Shown here one piece after another: positions 25,884-40,194 of a stretch of DNA of 64,000 nucleotides. The stretch covers positions 62,682,001 through 62,746,000 of the forward strand of contig OX597827.1 in NCBI GenBank assembly GCA_951406725.2, written 5' to 3'. The notes beneath the pieces were generated by a model, which saw nothing but the letters and a program-made list of their open reading frames with translations, had not been told where the DNA came from and made no database searches. A program made the translations under genes and the position numbers. How positions within the stretch are numbered: the stretch's first letter is position 1; the number at the start of each line of letters is the position of its first letter. Source of the stretch: Octopus vulgaris. Taxonomy: Eukaryota.

Positions 25884-26919
25884 TGTATATATATATATTT
25901 ACATACATAGAAAATGCCTTCGACTGTCTTACTTAAACAATTTGAATAAGCCATACGGTCTATAAAACATCGAAATCACTTCCAATTGAATTATTCTACA
26001 TATGCTATACTTGTCTTCACACTAATGATGTACTTTGACGTCTTCGCTTGATTTGCCAGATTTTAACAAAATTTTCACGAAATCATACCGTTGCATTTCT
26101 AAAATATGAATACAACTAAGAAGCATAAGATAATTTAGTATTAGACCTATGATGCTATAAAAGGGGGTAGGGAAAGAAAAAGAAAAAGGTTTAGGCATTT
26201 CTAGAAAGCTTTTTTAATATACGACTGTTCAATCAGAGTAAAACTGCTACGAACAGAAATATGGCATTTATTTCTCATTTGGTTCATTCTTAATTCACCA
26301 ATATCTCAGCAGATAGATATTCTTTTGAAATTGAAAAATAATTTGATAAAAACTTAAAAAAACTGCCGTAACAGTTTTTTAAAATTTCAAATTTCCTGTA
26401 TTTGCTAGTTTTGAAAATATTTTTTACAACTCAGCAATTGAAATTATCGGACTTTTTTCTTGTATTCTTGTAAACAGACCAAAATTCCCTTTCCTCTCTG
26501 TAGTCATTACGGATTTTAGGTTTGTATAAAATATTTCTCCGATAAACATAACACATTTCATTTTTGTCCTATTGATTATCGTGACGGAGTGTCGAGAAAA
26601 CGTATAAATCCCACGCACTTTTATCAGAAGACATTGTTTTCCGTTATTGTTTCGATATCTTATCTTTGCACTTTCATTTGTTTTATTCATTAGACATGGT
26701 CATGCTGGAGTACTACGTTAGAAGGGATTTAGTTGAACGGCTCCACTCCAGGACTTAATTCTGAAAGTCTCGTATTTATTCTGTCGAAATACCAAGTTAC
26801 GTGGACGTACACAAACCAACACCAGTTGTCAAGGGGTGAGAGGGGGGACCAAAAGAAATACACATACACGTACACACATACAACATACATATCTATACGC
26901 ACACACATACAAACATATA

Positions 26920-27445
26920 TTATTATTTTTTACCCTTCCTTCTTCAAATTTTCTTCCGTTTCTCGCCCAGTGTTTTCAGTACACCTAGGGCAGAGAAGCT
27001 CATTTTATGCATTCCCAGATTACACACGCAAATTCACAGGTAAACTATGTATCTAAAAAATTAATAACTAAATAAATTCATGAATGGATGTTGTTTTCAC
27101 AGCGATAATGCTCTTCTCAGTACATGAGCCATTCCAGTTAACACGATTTTTTGCACTTCCTGTAGGGATGGTAAACCTGGTATCATTTTCAAATAGGTTT
27201 TGCTTTATATTTGTACAAGTTGGCTCTAAGTCCCACCCAGAGACCTCAAGAGACAATAGGTTGGAAGTTCATGTTGTTATGCCTAGTGTGCCATATATTT
27301 GTGTTTTTTTTGGTGTTGTACTAGTGAATGTCTAAAAAAAAAAAAACGAAAACTATGTTTGTTTTAAACCTTGAGATTACATAGAAAGTATATTGCGGAG
27401 GATATGAGCAGTTCCCATGAACACTATCTTTTGAATTTCAGCCAG
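26920..27445 (-). mobile_element. 3' end and 3' UTR of an R4/Dong-like LINE
   Basis: Minus translation AEIQKIVFMGTAHILRNILSM*; ends in (TAA)-type repeat. UTR copies also at 45170-45415 and 62586-62655. Confidence 0.8.
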
Positions 27446-27625
27446 CCACCATGATTGACCGCTAGCCTCTAAAACCTTTTTTATTCTCCTGTTTAATTTC
27501 GGTTCTGTTGAAGAAGAGCGTAGGCTCGAAACGTAAAAGACTTTCTCAATTTCCCGAGCGTTAAACTAATACACCTGTTTGTTGTTTATACGCCTGTCTT
27601 CGTTTTTTGTTTTTCTGTAGATTCC

Positions 27626-27628
<3 letters not shown>
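27445..27628 (+). mobile_element. PLE terminal unit with hammerhead-like motif, ending in (TA)n
   Basis: CTGTTGAAGAAGAGCgtagGCTCGAAACGTAAAAGA at 27505-27540. Homologous to 48409-48620. Confidence 0.7.
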
Positions 27629-27699
<71 letters not shown>

Positions 27700-28462
27700 G
27701 TATGTGTTTGTGTATGTTTGTGTGTCTGTGTGTCTGTGTGTCTTTGCATCTGAATTTGTTCTTCACCGCTTGAAAAGTGATGCTTGTTTGTTTACGACCC
27801 TGTAACTTAGATATTCCGTCAAAAGACTGACAGATAGGTACTAGAGTTAAAATACTGAAGTCAATTTGTTCGACTTAAATTACAAAGAATTGCCGCTGTC
27901 TAATGACTGAAATAAGTAACAGTTAAATTCTTCAGTGTTTTCGTGTGTTTCTTCTCCTATGAATGACGTCTTAGTTTGAGCTTTCTTTGTTATGATGTTC
28001 CTAGAGACGTCAAAACTATTACTCATTCGCAATGTCAGTCAAAAATGTCTTCTTTTTCGTTTCCAGCAACCTCTGTATATTTTTCACATCCCTCAAAAAT
28101 TCTCAGTAAACTGAAGACAATGTTTGTTCCTTGCATCTTCCATATTTTTCTCTGTAACTGTTTTTTTTTCCATTTAAAAAAAAAAATAATTCTCTACTGA
28201 GAAAACAGCGCTTTTAGAATTCTTTTAGCCTAAAGTATATTTCATTTTATTAACTGAACAAATCCGCATTGATGACGCAACGCTTTAAATATTGCAATAA
28301 TGCCTCTGTCCATTGTTTGCAAAACTGCCGGTATGTGGCCGCGTAAACATTATTCTAACCTTTCAAGGAACATATTGTAAACATTTTAGATACGAACATG
28401 TATTATTTACGGTCTGTAGCGTCTGGCATTAAATTTTCGTCTTAATATATTAAACTTAAATA

Positions 28463-29072
28463 AGGTGTCGAGCTGGCAGAATCGATAGCACGCCGGGCGA
28501 AATGCTTAGCGGTATTTCGTCTGTCGTTACGTTGTGAGTTCAAATTCCGCCGAGGTTGACTTTGCCTTTCATCCTTTCAGGGTCGATAAATTAAGTACCA
28601 GTTACGCACTGGGGTTGATGTAATCGACTTAATACCTATGTCTGTCCTTGTTTGTCCCCTCTGTGTTTAGCCCTTTGTGGGTAATAAAGAAATAGGTATT
28701 TCGTTTGCCGCTACCATCTGAGTTGAAATTCCGCCGAAGCCGACTTTGCCTTTCATCCTTTCGGGGTCGATTAAATAAGTACCAGTTACGCATTGGGGTC
28801 GATATAATCGACTTAATCTGTTTGTCTGTCCTTGTTTTTCCCTTCTGTGTGTAGAACCATGTAGGCACTAAAGAAATAAGAATCGTTGGCGCGTCGGGCG
28901 AGATGCGTAGCGGTATTTCGTTTGTCTTTACATTCTGAGTTCAAATTCCACCAAGATCGACTATGCCTTTCATCATTTCGGGGTCGATAAATTAAGTACC
29001 AGTTGCATACTGGTATCGATCTAATCGACTGGCCGCCCTCACCCCAAATTTCGGGCCTAGAGTAGAAAAGAA
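28463..29072 (+). mobile_element. Tandem trimer of SINE family 2
   Basis: Three successive B-box/Deu-like cores. Confidence 0.85.
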
Positions 29073-30003
29073 TGTATTTAATTTAAATATGGCACCGAGG
29101 TCGACTTTGCATTTCATCCCTTCGGTAAAATAAGTAGCAGTTAAGCAGTCAAGACAATCGAATATCCCCTTTTGCGTTTGTAATCAATATATTTAAATTA
29201 AGTCTAAATTGTCGTGGAAAGCAACCACCAGTGTTGAAGTAAATCAAGCAATTATTAATTCCTTGCCGTGAGGCTGAGAGTTTTGCAGTAAGGAAACCTT
29301 TATGTGTCCTTGTATTTTTAAAACAACACTACAAGCATGGAGCCCGATTAAATCTCGAGACACGCGATTTCTATCCAACAGCGTTAAACGATATTAAATT
29401 ACTTAAAATGAGGCACCGAGGAGTTTTGTTTGCAAAGAGTTTCTCAGAGAAAATATAATTGATATTTTATGCTTTATGCTCTTTAAAAAACATACACAGG
29501 TCTCGACAAATTTATTGTGAGGAGTACATAATCTCTTGATAAAAAAGTTTTACTGTGTATATACATATATATATATATATTAATATATATACATATATAT
29601 ATTCATATATATATAGATACATATATATATATATATATTCATATATATACATATATATATATTCATATATATATATATAGATACATATATATATATATAT
29701 ATTCATATATATACATATATATATATATATTTAGCAACAAGCATACATAGATACATATAGAAGTGCACATCATGTGTCTATACAAACAGGCACAGGTAGA
29801 CAGACAAACACACACATGCACATACACGCACATACACACACAAGCATGCATGTATGTGTATTATGCATAATTTGTGCGTTGATGAGTGATGTTAACCACA
29901 CATTGAGGGAAATGACAGCAGCCTGACATTCGCATTTTATGTAGACGTGGACATTTTTAGATCTATCTATGCGCATACATGCATTCATGGACACGTATAT
30001 ATA

Positions 30004-30053
<50 letters not shown>

Positions 30054-30151
30054 TATATGTGTACACTTAAATATCTATATAAATGTATATACTTATGTAT
30101 ATAGACATACATACATGCATATATATATGTATATATAAAAACATATAGTTA

Positions 30152-30193
<42 letters not shown>

Positions 30194-30519
30194 TATATAT
30201 TGTGTGTGTGTGTCGATCACACACGAAGAAACATAAATGCGATAGAAAAACATTTTATATAAATATTTTACAAAAGTCAGCTCATAAAGCGTGTTATAAA
30301 AACAACTCTTACGCCATTATGTTAACGATCTTTATTCACTAAAATAATTGCTTTCAATTTCTATCTTGATATTCGTATTTAATTTTTACTCGCGCAGTTA
30401 AATATATATATATATGCGTATAAATGCGTGTTTGTATGTATGGATAATCATTTAACATATTTTCGCAGTATAATTTTTATGATATTTATATATATATACA
30501 TACATAGATACATACATAC

Positions 30520-30616
<97 letters not shown>

Positions 30617-30723
30617 ATATTCTTTCATTACCCATTTCTTGTTATAAATAATGTTGTCTCTATATTTCTTTTCAATATTTTTATCTCTTATCTCTCTTAT
30701 ATAATTTTTATTGCACGTGTACA

Positions 30724-30775
<52 letters not shown>

Positions 30776-30845
30776 CATATACATATATACATATACATAC
30801 ATACATACATATATATATATATATAAATATATATAGACTATATAA

Positions 30846-30876
<31 letters not shown>

Positions 30877-31052
30877 CTAGTACAAACACAAAAACACGCA
30901 CACACACACATATATAATATATTTATATAATATATATATGCATATATATACATATATATATGAACAAATACAATTAATATATACATGTGTTATATGTACA
31001 ATATTTCATAATAAACAGACTCACACATATGTATACACGCGTGCACCCCCAC

Positions 31053-31093
<41 letters not shown>

Positions 31094-31723
31094 TTTTTTC
31101 TGTACGTGTGCATTTCATTTGTATTATGCACATATTATATTTTATTCCCGCTATTCCATCTTATGTTATTACGTATTGCATATTTGTAATTTAATGTCTC
31201 TATTATTTCTTCATTATTATTCTCTATTTATATTTATATTTCATCTTTTCTCGTCATTGTATATTTAGTCACTTTTTAATTCTATTCTTTAAAAAAAATA
31301 TCTGATAGTTTATCTTTATTTCTATTTCCATTATGTTATTTCATTATACTGTATTATACTGTTATTCTTATTTTCATTTTCATAATTAGATTTCGAATCA
31401 TTGCCTTCGTTCAACTCTCCCGCTCTTCTCCCTCTGTCCCAAACTCAAAGACAAAGAGATGTCGATCGATGCATAGATGGGTAGACACATTACACGCATT
31501 AGTGGGTAGATGTATGTACAGATACAAGTAGAGCTGTATATATATACACAGGTAAATGTATCTGTGGATATATACGCATATAATATATATATGTATGTAT
31601 ATTTATGTATGTATATATACACACATGCAAACACATATATATATACATATATATATATGTATGTATATATATATCTGCATATATATATATATATATATGT
31701 ATATGTAAATGTATATATCTATG

Positions 31724-31754
<31 letters not shown>

Positions 31755-31767
31755 GTATGCATATGTC

Positions 31768-31846
<79 letters not shown>

Positions 31847-31855
31847 ATATATATA

Positions 31856-32337
31856 TTTATCTAGTTTCAGCTCACAAGCTGTGGCCATGCTGGGGCACCG
31901 CCATTTGGTGTTGCTACATGATTTTACTTCACGAATGCTTTTTAGCAATTGCCATTTGGTGCATGAGAGAGTTCGATGCAGCTGCCCTCATCTGCACCTC
32001 CTGCCGTGAAGTTGGTTCATCTGGGATACCTGACAAGAAGAGATCCAGTTTCATTTTAAAGACATCTGCATCCACCCCATGCAGGTCTCTTAGGTTCTTC
32101 GGGAGGATATTGAAGAGCTGTGGGCCTCGGAAGCCCAGGCTATCACAGTATCTTGTCCTACACCTTGATGGCAAATTTGGAGTCCTTGGCACTATGCAGT
32201 GGCGCCCAGTTCTGGCATTCATGTAACTCTCGATGCCAAAGTTTGGGACAAGTCCAACTAGGATCTTCCAGATGTATATTATGGCATATCTTTCTCGCCT
32301 ATGCTCTAAGGAATAGAGTTTCAATCTCTTGAGTCTT
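31856..32337 (-). mobile_element. 5'-truncated CR1-group LINE (ORF2 C-terminus plus 3' tail)
   Basis: Open frame [63 protein letters not shown]. Tail GGCGGTGCCCCAGCATGGCCACAGCTTGTGAGCTGAAACTAG. A tail-only copy lies at ~33530-33580. Confidence 0.9.
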
Positions 32338-32997
32338 ATATTTATAGTGACTTCATGTAAGTCTCCTTTCGACTAAATCATATATACAATAGCACCTGTC
32401 ACATTCAAACATATAGAATCTCTTCGGTCTGAATACCTTTAACTGCCCTCACTACTTCCATACCTAATACCCACTCTTTTCGGGTTGCCTTTATCTCTTC
32501 CCTACCTCTAAAGTTAATGCCTTGTCTCTTTAAATGTAGTTTATATGTATTTCTTATTATTTTCTATAAATTCTTATTATTTTGTTTTCTTATTTTGATA
32601 TCCTTACCTATAAACCTCTTATCCCATATAAATTATTTTTCTTGTTCTTTGATAGATATTTTTCAGTTACATAAATCCATGCGAGATGGTTACACTATAT
32701 CCATATAGAAGTATAAATATTTGTGTATGTGTGTATTTATGCACATATATAAATGTATGTGTGTCTGTATGCATCTTTACGTTTTTCTGATTCATGGCTT
32801 AAAATTAATAGATAGCATATATATCTTTCCAGGTATTCCATATGTAAATGCCCAGAGCAGTCTTTATAGAAACCACCTCATAAGTAATTAATTAAGTACA
32901 GGAATGAATATTAAACTGATTCTATGTAATATTTCCTCTTTAATGTTTATAATTGATACATACACACATTTGACCTATTCTGGTTATGAGACAAATT

Positions 32998-33029
<32 letters not shown>

Positions 33030-33030
33030 G

Positions 33031-33076
<46 letters not shown>

Positions 33077-33188
33077 CGGTGATAGGATAGTTTGACCAAA
33101 AGAACCGTCTATTACAAGCAAAATTAAATATTGAAAAACAAAAACAACGTTTGGCCAAATTTGGACATACGACACTTTAACATAAGAG

Positions 33189-33254
<66 letters not shown>

Positions 33255-33664
33255 CGCACACACACACACACATATTATATGTATATATAAGTAACAATTG
33301 ATGGACTAGTGTCATTTCATTACAGCGGTTTCTAAAGAATTTTCTAATTGATCATTGAGTACATTATATCCTTATAAAAAGCATTTTCTTCCGATGAATA
33401 CTTGAATTTTACAACGAAGGAGATTTAAAATAACTTAAAATCCACGACACATACACAGATATGACAGAAGTAAATAGAAAGCTCATAAAACATCGTTTTC
33501 TGTTTTTTCTAACTTGTAATTGATTGATTGATTCTAGTTTCAGCCCATGAGCTGTGGCCATGCTGGGGCACCGCCATTTTGCTGGGGCACCACCAATGAT
33601 TAATATATTTTTATTGACATTTTTATGTTTCAGGGTCTATATGCGACTTTTTAATCATGTCATC

Positions 33665-33930
33665 TACAAAAGAAGCCTGTGTGAATTTAAAAGAAGCCGT
33701 GTTGTGGGTCATTCTGAAGGTGGACATAGCATAAAATCCCAGAAAACCATGGGATCCCGCTTTCTAAGGTTAATAGAGTGATTGTGCGCCTCACCAGAGA
33801 GGGAGAGAGTTCACATCACCTCGCCCAGATCAACCAGGGCCCTCAGACAGGACCCTTCTCTTTAAGAGAGGTGTGGCGTATAATCCTTGTTGCAAGGCTT
33901 CTGACAGCAGAACAAGTTGATGTCAAACTT
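33665..33930 (+). pseudogene. Decayed Tc1-like transposase N-terminal HTH fragment
   Basis: KRSLCEFKRSRVVGHSEGGHSI, then frameshifted IPLSKVNRVIVRLTREG..RP..P..SDRT. Confidence 0.65.
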
Positions 33931-33944
33931 TGATACGATGCCAG

Positions 33945-34275
33945 TAGTTTTGGGGGAGGGGCTAAGTCGATTAAATATACCCTAATACTTAACTGGTACT
34001 TACTTTATTGACCCCTAAAAGATAAAAGGCAAAGTCGAGCTCAGCGGAATTTCAGCTAAGAACGTGAAGACGTACGAAATGTCGATAAGCATATATGTAA
34101 TATTGGTTTCAAATTTTGGTACTAGACCAGCAATATTTGGGGAGGAGATTAATCGGTTACATTGACATCAGAACTTAACCTATTCATCGACCCCAATATG
34201 ACGAAATGTAAATTCGGTAAATTCGACCTAAGTGGAAGTTGAGATCAGAACATATAGACGGACGAAATGCCGTTA
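33945..34275 (-). mobile_element. Diverged family 2 SINE copies
   Basis: AAAGGCAAAGTCGAGCTCAGCGGAATTT and related matches. Confidence 0.7.
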
Positions 34276-34310
34276 AACATGAATATATATATATATATAT
34301 ACAATATCGT

Positions 34311-34474
34311 TAGACGCAGGCGTGGCCGTTTGGTAAGTAGCTTGCTTACCGACCACATAGTTCCGGGTTCAGTCCCACTGTGTGGCACATTGGGCAAGTG
34401 CCTTCTACTAGAGCCATGGGCCGACCAAAGACTTGCGAGTGGATTTGGTACACGGCGGCTGAAGTAGGTCCATC

Positions 34475-34538
<64 letters not shown>

Positions 34539-34715
34539 AATTGTTTGTCCCCTCAACATCGCTTGACAACCGATGCTGGTATGTTTACGTCCCCGTAACC
34601 TAGCGGTCCGGCCAGAGAAACCGATAGGCATACAAAGAAGAAGTCCTCGGATCGATTTGTTTGACTAAAGGCGGTACTCCAGCATGGCCGCGGTCAAACG
34701 TCTGAAACAAATAAA
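34311..34715 (+). mobile_element. Full-length SINE family 1
   Basis: Head, CORE-like region, (TA)(TG) tract, tail GGCGGTACTCCAGCATGGCCGCGGTC. Confidence 0.85.
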
Positions 34716-35213
34716 AAAAGAAAAAAAAGAAGAAATTATATATTTACCAAACATGTAAATCTACAAAATCTATAAGATTTACCCAGAAACAAAATAAATA
34801 TAAAAATATAAATGATATGTATCACTTGTTCTCATTCTGTCTCTTTTCTGATGCTAGACATGGATAAGCATACACACACACACGCACGCGCGCATCAAAT
34901 ATATACACATATCCAAACAAATCGACTCCACACTATTACCTCTAGATGCCCATTCTCTACTGCATGCTCAGTGAATGACTGTTAAGGTAAGTCAGAGAAA
35001 GAAGCATATGAAAAAAACTTTGGTGCAATGAAGTGAATTTGGTGGATAAAAATAAATGGAATTGTCGGATTAATCTTAAAACCCCACATGTAGATAATAT
35101 AAACACCTTTATGAGGGATAATAAATAAATAGTAATCTTTGGGGAAAAATAATTTAATGAAATCAGAAAAACGTAAGATTTTAAATATAATAATGAATTA
35201 TAAATTAATAACT

Positions 35214-35346
<133 letters not shown>

Positions 35347-35385
35347 TATACATTCATTTATATATATATATACATATATATACAA

Positions 35386-35416
<31 letters not shown>

Positions 35417-35469
35417 CATATATGCACACATATATATATGTATTTATATTTTAGAACACACACACACGC

Positions 35470-35561
<92 letters not shown>

Positions 35562-36344
35562 TGTATGCACATATTTATAGATATATGTGCTTGTATATAT
35601 GTATATACATGCATATATACATATATATACAATCACACATATGCCTATGCGTGTGTGTATGTGTATGTGCATGTGTATTATGTATGTATGTATGTATGTA
35701 TGTATGTATGTATGTATGTATGTATGTATGTATGCATGTATTCTCACTTCTGTGGAGTATCTAGATCTGTTGAAAATGGTAAAAGCATTATAAATTTCTC
35801 TTGAGAATTGGATTACAGATGAGATGGATTATAAAGATAGTGATAAAATAAAGCAAAATTAATTAAAAATGTCTGAAGATGACCTTAGGTGAATCATATT
35901 TAAGAAACAGAGTAAAATCTGTTGGCTTTAATTCTGCATTGATATGGTAGCTTAAACCACACTATATAGATCTATGATATGATACTTTACAGAGGAAATG
36001 GTTATGACACCCATTTCATAAATGAGTTTAAGAAAATTGATAACGAAGATTTCAAAGGTTTACGTGTTAATTTTTAGACCCAAACAAATATGTTATACAT
36101 TCTGGTGGTTTATACCGCTTTAATATATCTTTTATTTGCTTCTGAAACTTGACTGCAGATATGCTGGTGTACCCCCTTGCAGGGTCTAGTCGGGCAAATT
36201 GAGCCCAGCACTTATATTTTAAGCTTGGTACTTTTTGGTGGGTGCCTAAATTGCAGGGACGCAAAACAATCTACTACCTGGTTGTCATGCGGTTTTGAGA
36301 AACACGCACACGGACACAAACATACACATACGCATACGTCGGAC

Positions 36345-36422
<78 letters not shown>

Positions 36423-36557
36423 CTAAATATATATATATATACTAAATAGTATTAGTATTACTTAAGTTTTCCATAAAATGGTCCTTTTTCATGCCGAACT
36501 CTACTTGGTGAAATGATTGATTACTTCTTAATTAATTAATTTTACCCTTTGTTATTA

Positions 36558-36611
<54 letters not shown>

Positions 36612-36632
36612 CGTGTGTGTGTATGTGTGTAT

Positions 36633-37015
36633 GTGGAGGCGGAATGAACCATTGGTTAGGGTAACGGACTCGCAGTCGTAGGATCGCGGTTTCGATTCTC
36701 AGACCAGGTGTTGTGAGTGTTTATTGAGCAAATCCAGCGAGAGCTCCACGAGGTTCCGGCACTGGGTGGTGGCGAACCCTGCTGTACTCTTCCACCACAA
36801 CTTCTCTCACTCTTTCTTCTTGATTCGGTTGTACCTGTATTTCAAAGGGTCAGCGTTGTCACACTCTGTACCACGTTGGATCTCCATGAGAACTACGTTA
36901 AGGGCACACGTGTCTGTGGGGTGCTCAGCCCCTTGCACTTTAATCTTTCGATTAGGCTGTTCCGTTGATCAGATAAACTGGGACCCTCGAAGTGGTAACC
37001 GACTGAGTACCACGG
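36633..37015 (+). mobile_element. tRNA-derived SINE family 3 (OR1-like), diverged
   Basis: Homologous to 41545-41929. Confidence 0.85.
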
Positions 37016-37040
37016 ATATATATATATATATATATGTATG

Positions 37041-37111
<71 letters not shown>

Positions 37112-37241
37112 ATGTATACATACATATATATATACATATATATATATAATATATATATATGTGTGTATATATGTATATATATGTATGTATATATATTTAT
37201 GTATATATATGTATATATGTATATATATGTATGTATGTATG

Positions 37242-37290
<49 letters not shown>

Positions 37291-37548
37291 ATATATATTT
37301 ATGTATGTATGTATGCATGTATATATATATACATATATATGTATATATATTTATGTATATATATATATATAACTGTCCGAAATGGTCGTGACATCTGGTA
37401 CTTGACAGAAGAAAGGAAGCCAAGAATAAACCGTCTTTTTTGCCTGTCCTTCTAATTCTTGTTTCTCTTGTCCGCCTTTGAATTGTCTATCTGTCCAATC
37501 ATTTTAATGCCCTCTGCTTTTGTGGTCCATATATATATATATATATGT

Positions 37549-37581
<33 letters not shown>

Positions 37582-38079
37582 TCTATAGTTAAAATTTACA
37601 GAAAACAAAAGGCGAAAGCAAGTGAGAGAACAAGCAGGTGTGTTAGTTTGAAGCTCAGGATGAATGGGAAAGTATTTGAGTCTCCGTCCTACGCACTTCA
37701 ACTTGAAGGGCTGAGAGGAAAGAAAAGCTGGAAAGAGAAGGAAAGAGAAAAAAAATGGAGTGCGAAGAATGTGTAGTGATTAACGGTTTAACAAGATGAC
37801 AAGAAGAGGCTGAGTGGAAGGGAGAGAAAAGAAAGCGGCTGGGTGGAAGGGAGATTATAATGGTGATCCAGCAGAACTGGGTGCGCAAGTACGTGTGTGT
37901 GTATGTAAGAATGGTGTGTGAGTGTGCATGTGTGACTGGGAGCGTAAGCGTGTGATTGTATATGTAGTTGAGTTTCAAATTGTGGGCTTTATGTGTGTAT
38001 AAGTATTCTAGCAAATGCATTGCGTGGAGTGATGTGCATTTCGTGTATTCGTGTGTGTGTGTGTGTGTATGTGTGTGTT

Positions 38080-38399
38080 TCCAGACTGGGCGTTGTGAGT
38101 GTTTATTGAGCGAAAACACCTAAAGCTCCACGAGGCTCCGGCAGGGGGTGGTGACGATCCCAGCTGTACTCTTTCACCACAACTTTCTCTCACTCTTACT
38201 TCCTGTTTCTGTTGTACCTGTACTTCAAAGGGCCGGCCTTGTCACTCTCTGTGTCACGCTGAATATCCTCGAGAACTACGTTAAGGGTACACGTGTCTGT
38301 GGAGTGCTCAGCCACTCACACGTTAATTTCACGAGCAGGCTGTTCCGTTGATTCGGATCAACCGGAATCCTTGTCGTCGTAACCGACGGAGTGCTTCCA
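38080..38399 (+). mobile_element. 5'-truncated SINE family 3
   Basis: Near-identical to the 3' ~320 bp of 41545-41929. Confidence 0.85.
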
Positions 38400-38749
38400 C
38401 ATGTGTGTGTTTGTGCGTGTAAGTACATGAAGTGTGTTTGACTCTGTAATGTGCGTGTGTATTGTGTATGTTTATGAGCAAAAGTTGAATGTATTTATGA
38501 GTGCTGTGTGCATGTATATATTGTCTGTATTATGTGCGCGTGCATTTTGTGTGTCTTTGGGCGTGAAGAGTGGGACTGCAAGGAAGCTGGTGGTGTAGTG
38601 GCTGCGTGGTAAGAACTTTGCTTCCCAAGCACATGTCACCCAGTTCAGTCCCACTGCATGGGCACCTTGAGCGAGTGCCCTCTGCTATAGTCTTGGGCCG
38701 ACAAAAGACTTGTGAGTGGATTTGGTAGACAGAAACTGAAAGAAGCTCG

Positions 38750-38804
<55 letters not shown>

Positions 38805-38887
38805 TTCAGCAAAAATTTAGATTCAAATGAATATGGTACTTAATTTAGATGCACCAGAATTCTGTATGGTGTTATCCATAAAAATCC

Positions 38888-39206
38888 CAAAATAAGCAAC
38901 AAGAATGACTCCGGTAATTTGGTACAATCGTTTCGTACTACATCATTTTATTAAATGTTGTAAGTATTACAACAGTTTTAAAATGCTGAGCACTCATCAG
39001 CCAAATATAGAGGGTTTCCATTAATACAAAAAAATTCATTATAACGTCACTTGATAAGCAAATTTTTGTATTAATGGAAAACCTCTATAATTGATGATGA
39101 GTGCTCAGCATTTTAAAACTGTTGTAATACTGACAACATTTAATAAAATGATGTAGTACGAAACGATCGTACCAAATTACCGGAGTCATTCTTGCTGCTT
39201 ATTTTG
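38888..39206. repeat. Inverted repeat, ~147 bp arms and ~24 nt spacer (PLE inverted pLTR-like)
   Basis: Arms 38888-39035 and 39060-39206 with few mismatches. Confidence 0.9.
38917..39006 (-). ncRNA. Type I hammerhead ribozyme, canonical core, long stem II
   Basis: Minus strand ATTTGG-CTGATGA-[GTGCTCAGCATTTTA..TGTTGTAA tac TTACAACA..TAAAATGATGTAGTAC]-GAAACGATTGT-A-CCAAAT. The mirror copy at ~39087-39176 has perfect ACGATCGT but a damaged core start. Confidence 0.8.
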
Positions 39207-39207
39207 A

Positions 39208-39279
<72 letters not shown>

Positions 39280-39657
39280 GCTTGTGTGTCTGTGTTTGAA
39301 CCCTCAACTTCGCTTGACAACCGATGTTGATATGTTTACGTTCCCGTAACTTAGCGGTTCAACAAAAGAGTGCGATAGAATAATTTCTAGGCTTACAAAG
39401 AATAATATTTCTTCGACTAAAAGTAATACACCAGCATGACCGCAGTCAAATGGGTGAAGCGCGTAAAAGAATAAAAGAATAAAAAAATACATATATTCGA
39501 CAGGCTTCTTTCGGTTTCTGCCGACCAGATCCACTCACAAAAGCTCTGGTTTGCCTCAGGCTGTAGTAAAAGACACACGCCCGAATGTCCACGCAGCGGG
39601 ACTGAATCCGGAACGAGACACAGAGATACACACATGCATACATACAGACACATACCC

Positions 39658-39742
<85 letters not shown>

Positions 39743-39787
39743 CATGCATATATACATATATACATACATATATACATACATACATAT

Positions 39788-39821
<34 letters not shown>

Positions 39822-39875
39822 GCATACATACATACATATATATATAATTAACAAAATGTGATAAAAATCCCAGGT

Positions 39876-39940
39876 TGTGAATAGTTTTCAGAACATTTAT
39901 TTCAGAACAGGTCTTATAAATGTTCTGAAAACTATTCACA
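39876..39940. repeat. Perfect 25 bp inverted repeat in a short insert next to (TA)n
   Basis: TGTGAATAGTTTTCAGAACATTTAT ..15 nt.. ATAAATGTTCTGAAAACTATTCACA. Confidence 0.85.
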
Positions 39941-40194
39941 CACTTGAATTTTTTAATTTTTTGACATATATGCATGCTAGTACACGATCTACGTTGGACT
40001 CTTCGATCGTATCATTAGCGAACCTGGATCTTAACTATAGTCAGTCCATAGCATTTACACAGCATTACCTGACACCTTTGGGTTTTCTTGACACCAATGC
40101 CTCTCATACCCTATATATATATATATATACATACTTGAGTGAGTAGACAAATGAAAAAGAAGCCGCTCAAAACATGTAGCAGAAGTTAAATACG

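Larger units (their letters stand above)
38588..39484 (+). mobile_element. SINE family 1 with a hammerhead-bearing inverted PLE insert in its internal (TA)n
   Basis: Head 38588-38751, tail ~39280-39484, insert 38802-39212. Confidence 0.8.
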
